From NCBI RefSeq assembly GCF_000008385.1, contig NC_006833.1, positions 1-32,000 on the forward strand: a stretch of 32,000 bases of DNA, read 5' to 3'. The notes under the pieces were generated by a model that made no database searches, was not told the origin of the DNA, and saw nothing but the letters and a program-made list of their open reading frames with translations. The DNA comes from Wolbachia endosymbiont strain TRS of Brugia malayi (GTDB lineage Bacteria; Pseudomonadota; Alphaproteobacteria; Rickettsiales; Anaplasmataceae). The position numbers were made by a program, and so were the translations under genes. Positions 28,087 through 32,000 of this stretch are shown here, one piece after another (the first letter of the stretch is position 1; every line of letters starts with the position of its first letter).

Positions 28087-28359
28087 TTATTTTCTGATGC
28101 CTAACTTCTCTATTAATTGCTGGTAGGCCTCGTCACCAAATTTACGCTTTATGTAATTTAAGTGCTTGCGTCTTCTACCTATTAATATAAGTAAACCACG
28201 CTTAGAATGATGGTCATGCTTGTGCACCTTAAAGTGCTCAGTTAAGTTACTGATCCTCTCGGTTAAAATTGCGCATTGTACAAAAGATGAACCTGTATCG
28301 TCTTCTTTAATTGCGTAAGTGTTTATTAAATTCTTTTTCTTTTCGGATGTTATTGACAT
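28087..28359 (-). CDS. rpsO: 30S ribosomal protein S15
   Basis: 90 aa. [35 protein letters not shown] is the S15 signature region. Lies directly upstream of pnp, the conserved arrangement. Confidence 0.96.
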   Translation of the reverse strand: MSITSEKKKNLINTYAIKEDDTGSSFVQCAILTERISNLTEHFKVHKHDHHSKRGLLILIGRRRKHLNYIKRKFGDEAYQQLIEKLGIRK

Positions 28360-28559
28360 CTAAACCTCATTTCAAAATATTAAAAACACGAATAGGCTTT
28401 ACACAACCATAAATAAAGCTGCGGATTACAATGGGTACATTACCCACTATTGTATAATAAATATCATAATTTTTTAAATTACGCAAGTTGTTTAATATGA
28501 TTTTCTGACCTTTTCTGATTTTCTTTGCCTCTTCTTGCGGAAATTTCAATTTTAAACAT

Positions 28560-29358
28560 TGCTTTTAAAGCTGATTCAATAGGGATGACGAAACTTTTTG
28601 TATTACTCACTATCACTCCATTACCTTCTGTCATCCCAGTGGTTGACAATATAATCCATTCTTCTTTTTTTTCTGTATTTCAGCGTCACGCGCTGGAATG
28701 ATGCTAAAAAGCAAATTTTTCAATAAGTTGTTCAATTGTCACTGATTCGACTCCTCTAAAATGATATACCATAGTTCTTCTTAGTTTTGTAATGTGTCCA
28801 AAGCAATTTAATGCAATTCCAAGATCCCAAGCAATTGACCTCACATATACGCCACTACCACATATCATAAAAAATTAGCACTATTGTTTAGTGTCAGCAG
28901 AAATCAATTTTAGTTCATATATTTGCACTTAGCGGAGTTTTATATTTACTTTTTGCCCGCTCCTCTGCTAATCTATGTGTCCTTGTTCCGTTGATTTTTA
29001 TTGCTGAAAATTAAGAAGGACTCTGTGTTATCTCACTAACAGAATTCTTGATTGTACTATTTATTTGATTATATTTAGGTTTTATGTTGCTAGCTTTGAT
29101 GATATTACCTTTTAAATCATCTGTGGTTCTTTGCTTTCCCTATTTTATTGTGAAATTGTGTACCTTTGAATTGTAGGATAAATATGGTATAGTCTTTGTT
29201 GCTTTACCAAGAGTAATTGGCAACACACCCGAAGCTAAAGGGTTAAGTGTTCCTAAATGACCAGCTTTTTTAATTCCAAAAGTCTTTTTAACCTGGGCTA
29301 TAGCTTGTGCAGAACTAATTCCTGTTGGTTTGTCAAGATTCAGCCAACCGTATGTCAT
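28560..29358 (-). pseudogene. truB: tRNA pseudouridine(55) synthase TruB, inactivated
   Basis: The N-terminal 72 codons give MTYGWLNLDKPTGISS..GHLGTLNPLASGVLPI, then TAG. The same frame continues GKQRTTDDLKGNII....ITQSPS*FSAIKINGTRTHRLAEERAKS. After a frameshift it reads ELKLIS.. and ..MICGSGVYVRSIAWDLGIALNCFGHITKLRRTMVYHF. The catalytic Asp of the G.GTLDP box is Asn (aac, 29242-29244). Hairpin repeats are inserted at 28631-28703. Confidence 0.8.
28631..28703. repeat. hairpin-repeat family members inside the truB remnant
   Basis: tcatcccagtggttgaca (28631-28648) and ttcagcgtcacgcgctggaatgatg (28679-28703). Confidence 0.5.
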
Positions 29359-29504
29359 ATATCAATTATATACAATTGAACAATTGACGATGTAGGAAGT
29401 AGCTAGAGATATAATTATATTAAATTATTATAAATAAAGCTTGACTAGTATGTGTTTTAATATATAATTAAATTTTTGTTAATTTTAATTAGGAGGGAGT
29501 TATT

Positions 29505-30155
29505 ATGACTGCAGAACTAAACATATGGAAAAAGGAAGACATAGCACTTATAACAAAAATGAGTATTGAAGGTACAGTTGCACTTGCATCTTTAGCGGCA
29601 GCAATAACAACAATATTAATTGCTAATAGTGTGATTGTTGGACCTGCATTTTTAATGTCTGTTGCTAGTCCTGTTGGAATTGCAGCTCTATTCATTGCAG
29701 CTATATATTTTGCTGTACAGGCTTATTCTTCATATCAGCAAATGTATAAGAGTGAAGAAGCTGAGGGAGCAGTTAAACAAGCTATAGCTGATGCAAAAAT
29801 AGTGGACCAAGTTACCCAGGCTGTAAACAATGCTGTAGCTGGTGCTAATATAGCAGATCAAGTTACTCAGGCTGTAAATAAGGCTAATATAGCAAGTCAG
29901 GCTGAAATAGCAGCTCAAAAAGTAATTGAAGAAAAAACTAAAGATTTAGCTACTAAAACTGAGCTGGGTAAAAAGGCTGATGCAGCTACACTAGATGCAA
30001 AAGCTGACAAGGATTACGTTGACGCTGAATTGAATGCAAAACTGAATTCAAGTGATCTTCAAGAAAAAGTTAAAGAAGTGTTACCTACTCTCTTACAAAA
30101 TCCTGAAGTTATGAGAATATTTGAAAGCAAGTTTCGAGCAAGAACAGGCGCATAA
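29505..30155 (+). CDS. orphan membrane-anchored repeat / coiled-coil protein
   Basis: 216 aa. Strong SD aggaggga 7 nt upstream of the ATG. Two hydrophobic segments (VALASLAAAITTILIANSVIV, VGIAALFIAAIYFAV). A 17-codon tandem repeat (DQVTQAVN..A..ANIA; gaccaagttacccaggctgtaaa at 29805 and gatcaagttactcaggctgtaaa at 29856). A KAD-rich tail TKTELGKKADAATLDAKADKDYVDAELNAKL. Confidence 0.7.
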   Translation: MTAELNIWKKEDIALITKMSIEGTVALASLAAAITTILIANSVIVGPAFLMSVASPVGIAALFIAAIYFAVQAYSSYQQMYKSEEAEGAVKQAIADAKIVDQVTQAVNNAVAGANIADQVTQAVNKANIASQAEIAAQKVIEEKTKDLATKTELGKKADAATLDAKADKDYVDAELNAKLNSSDLQEKVKEVLPTLLQNPEVMRIFESKFRARTGA

Positions 30156-30169
30156 GCTAAATGGAATGG

Positions 30170-30205
30170 GAGGTGGAGGCATCTCTACCTCTTTCCTTCC
30201 ACCTC
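30170..30205 (+). terminator. GC-rich hairpin downstream of the 216-aa gene (possible terminator)
   Basis: gaggtgga(gg)...(cct)tccacctc forms an 8-bp perfect stem 15 nt after the stop codon. No U-tract follows, so function is uncertain. Confidence 0.35.
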
Positions 30206-30309
30206 AGCATATAAAATTCATTAAATTATTCCAAGTTTTAACTATATCTCCATCTAATGTTCACGCTTAAAGCATTAGATACTTTTTTTAAGATATAAGC
30301 TAATTTTAT

Positions 30310-30732
30310 GTTAAAATAACGTTCTTGACTGGATTGCGGAAAGTCTGGACTCCAGCATCACGTGCTGGGTGCAGTTCATTGTACCGCGATTCATTTGTGG
30401 TATCTCTGAATTCCGCTAGCAAGCAGCGGGATGACGGTAGCCACAAAATATTTAAGAAATTTACTAAATAAAAAAAGGTAAAAAGAACCCTAGTCACTAT
30501 CTATTTTCTGTATTGACGTTTTTTGAGTCTTAAACACTTTATAAGTGAGTTTCAACTTATATAGGTAAAAACCTAGGGATGTTGTGTGAAGACATAAGAT
30601 GCATATAGTGCAAAAAATTAAACATAAAGTGCCAACTACGTGATACTTCGTCATTCAATCTGCACAGATTGAAGATAACTGAGTACCTTCTAGTGCTATG
30701 GGGCTGACGAGGCTATCAAGTAGTTTTTATGC
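30310..30732. repeat. copy B of the ~430-bp inverted block (partner 6389-6830)
   Basis: The reverse complement aligns by hand to 6389-6830. The proximal end lies 7 nt from the desulfurase stop codon. The distal end carries ccagcatcacgtgctgg-type hairpins. Confidence 0.75.
30490..30654 (-). CDS. candidate 54-aa small hydrophobic, Cys-rich, Lys-tailed peptide ORF inside repeat copy B
   Basis: Minus-strand ATG (30654) to TAG (30490) reads MTKYHVVGTLCLIFCTICILCLHTTSLGFYLYKLKLTYKVFKTQKTSIQKIDSD*. The N-terminal 23 codons are conserved with copy A. No clear SD. Coding status unproven. Confidence 0.25.
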   Translation of the reverse strand: MTKYHVVGTLCLIFCTICILCLHTTSLGFYLYKLKLTYKVFKTQKTSIQKIDSD

Positions 30733-30739
30733 CAGTCAA

Positions 30740-31900
30740 CTACTTGCGCATATCCAAGATATTCTTTTCGTAAATATTATACCAACAATCCACTATTTTT
30801 CTTATGTCTCGTGGCTTGGTTTGCGGACCTATACTAACTCTAATTGAACACTCTGCTTGTTCTCTTGTTGCCCCCATTGCAAGCAAAACATGGGAAGGCT
30901 CAACTTTTCCAGAAGAACAGGCAGAGCCATTGCTAACAGCAATGTTATTTAAGTCAAAATTCATGAGCTGCACATCACTTTTCACTCCTGGCATGTAAAT
31001 AAGGCTCGTATTTGGTAGTCTTTTAGAGTTTTTGCCAAAGATTTTGATGCCACTGGCAAGATTCAATAACTCATACTCCAATTGATCACGTAGCTCCTTT
31101 ATTTCATCCATTTTTGATAGGAGATTTGAGATACTTTGCAATGCAGCAGAAAGACCTGCAATTGCAACAATATTTTCTGTGCCACCACGCAATCCTTTTT
31201 CTTGTCCACCACCTACTATGATAGGTTCTATTACGAGGTCTTTATTAAATATTAAAACTCCGCTGCCCGCTATACCGCCAAATTTGTGGGCAGATAAAGT
31301 TAGTAAGTCCATTCCTAAATCTTCCATATTAACCTTAATTTTTCCAACACTTTGAGCAGCATCAGTATGATAGATTGTCTCGAATTTATGTGCTATTTCA
31401 GCTATTTCTTTAACAGGCTGAACAACTCCAGTCTCGTTATTGGCCATCATAACCGAAACTATTACTCTATTTCCTTTAAGTTCACTTAAAATTCTTTCTA
31501 GCGCCAAAAGATCGACAATACCCCCCTGATTGACGGGTATTATATGTGGATTGCACGCAGAATTAAGAATTGAGGGATGTTCTACAGCTGAAATCACATG
31601 TTGAAAGCCTGCTATCCCTTTCATAACAAGACTATTTGCTTCAGTTGCACCAGACGTAAAAACTATTTCTTTATTACTTGGAACGCCAATAGCACTACGA
31701 ATGTTATCCCTTGCATCCTGAAGAATCCTTCTTGCTTCTTGTCCCTTTCTATGTAACGATGAAGGATTTAAAACCTGTTTTGATAGGACTTCAAGTATAC
31801 TCTCTTTTACACTGTCACTAACTGGAAAAGTTGCATTATAGTCAGCGTATATATAATCACTATTTTCTAAAGAAAATAGATTCAAATGTTCATTTGCCAC
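30740..31900 (-). CDS. cysteine desulfurase (class V aminotransferase, NifS/IscS family)
   Basis: 386 aa. PLP-lysine context LTLSAHKFGGIAGSGVLIF and active-site cysteine loop SNGSACSSG. The length fits NifS-like group I desulfurases. Confidence 0.9.
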   Translation of the reverse strand: MANEHLNLFSLENSDYIYADYNATFPVSDSVKESILEVLSKQVLNPSSLHRKGQEARRILQDARDNIRSAIGVPSNKEIVFTSGATEANSLVMKGIAGFQHVISAVEHPSILNSACNPHIIPVNQGGIVDLLALERILSELKGNRVIVSVMMANNETGVVQPVKEIAEIAHKFETIYHTDAAQSVGKIKVNMEDLGMDLLTLSAHKFGGIAGSGVLIFNKDLVIEPIIVGGGQEKGLRGGTENIVAIAGLSAALQSISNLLSKMDEIKELRDQLEYELLNLASGIKIFGKNSKRLPNTSLIYMPGVKSDVQLMNFDLNNIAVSNGSACSSGKVEPSHVLLAMGATREQAECSIRVSIGPQTKPRDIRKIVDCWYNIYEKNILDMRK

Positions 31901-32000
31901 TTAATTAGCCTACTATTAACTATATATTAGCTTTAACACGGTAAAAAGCTTGTTGCAAAAACAGTAAAATTAATACATAATTAATATATGCACAATTTAT

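Noticed and set aside
28367-28549. 60-aa minus-strand ORF between rpsO and the truB remnant.
   Set aside because: It lies in the decayed 3' part of truB and the rpsO leader. The Lys-rich, AT-driven sequence has no motif. It is probably non-coding and may hold the rpsO promoter.
29489-29918. Minus-strand ORFs 29489-29695 and 29730-29918.
   Set aside because: They are antisense to the 216-aa gene, which has a strong SD and a clear TM and repeat organisation.
30306-30497. 63-aa minus-strand ORF across the distal part of repeat copy B.
   Set aside because: It reads through hairpin-repeat modules, and the corresponding region of copy A is not open in the same frame. It is not conserved as coding.

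Overview
All homology calls come from reading motifs in the supplied translations and in my own hand translations of intergenic DNA. No searches were run, and pseudogene boundaries are approximate.

The window is AT-rich. It carries a Rickettsiales/Anaplasmataceae-type housekeeping set: hemE, aatA, glyA, era plus a COG3298 exonuclease, aspS, ccmA, rodA, an mrpD-like gene, NDUFA12-like plus mlaD, pnp-rpsO-(truB), and a NifS/IscS-type desulfurase. Short hairpin repeats of the type aaatcccagtgcgtgacactggaat are scattered through it. Together these suggest a Wolbachia-like endosymbiont (inference).

I support about 21 intact CDSs, one tRNA-Ser(GGA) and at least nine decayed genes:
- a GIY-YIG nuclease
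- a class-3 lipase-domain protein
- GTA-like g12 and g13 homologues
- an HK97/GTA-type portal
- a Fic protein
- an Rpn/YhgA-type nuclease fragment
- truB
- one unidentified remnant

By my coordinates these remnants cover roughly 5.6 kb of the 32 kb. I see no CRISPR array, no intact transposase or prophage, and no recognisable intact defence or toxin-antitoxin operon.

The signals most worth a second look are:
1. A ~430-bp intergenic block occurs twice in inverted orientation (6389-6830 and 30310-30732). Each copy abuts the stop codon of a housekeeping gene. Each contains a conserved hydrophobic Cys-rich mini-ORF preceded by a hairpin that runs into its ATG, and a second hairpin with a compensatory base-pair change.
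2. Two orphan repeat proteins (397 aa and 216 aa) sit at the inner edges of that inverted pair.
3. truB has decayed inside the otherwise intact truB-rpsO-pnp cluster, including a catalytic Asp to Asn change.
4. GTA-like remnants are scattered across the window.

I cannot show that any of these is a functional novel system. They are hypotheses with stated tests.
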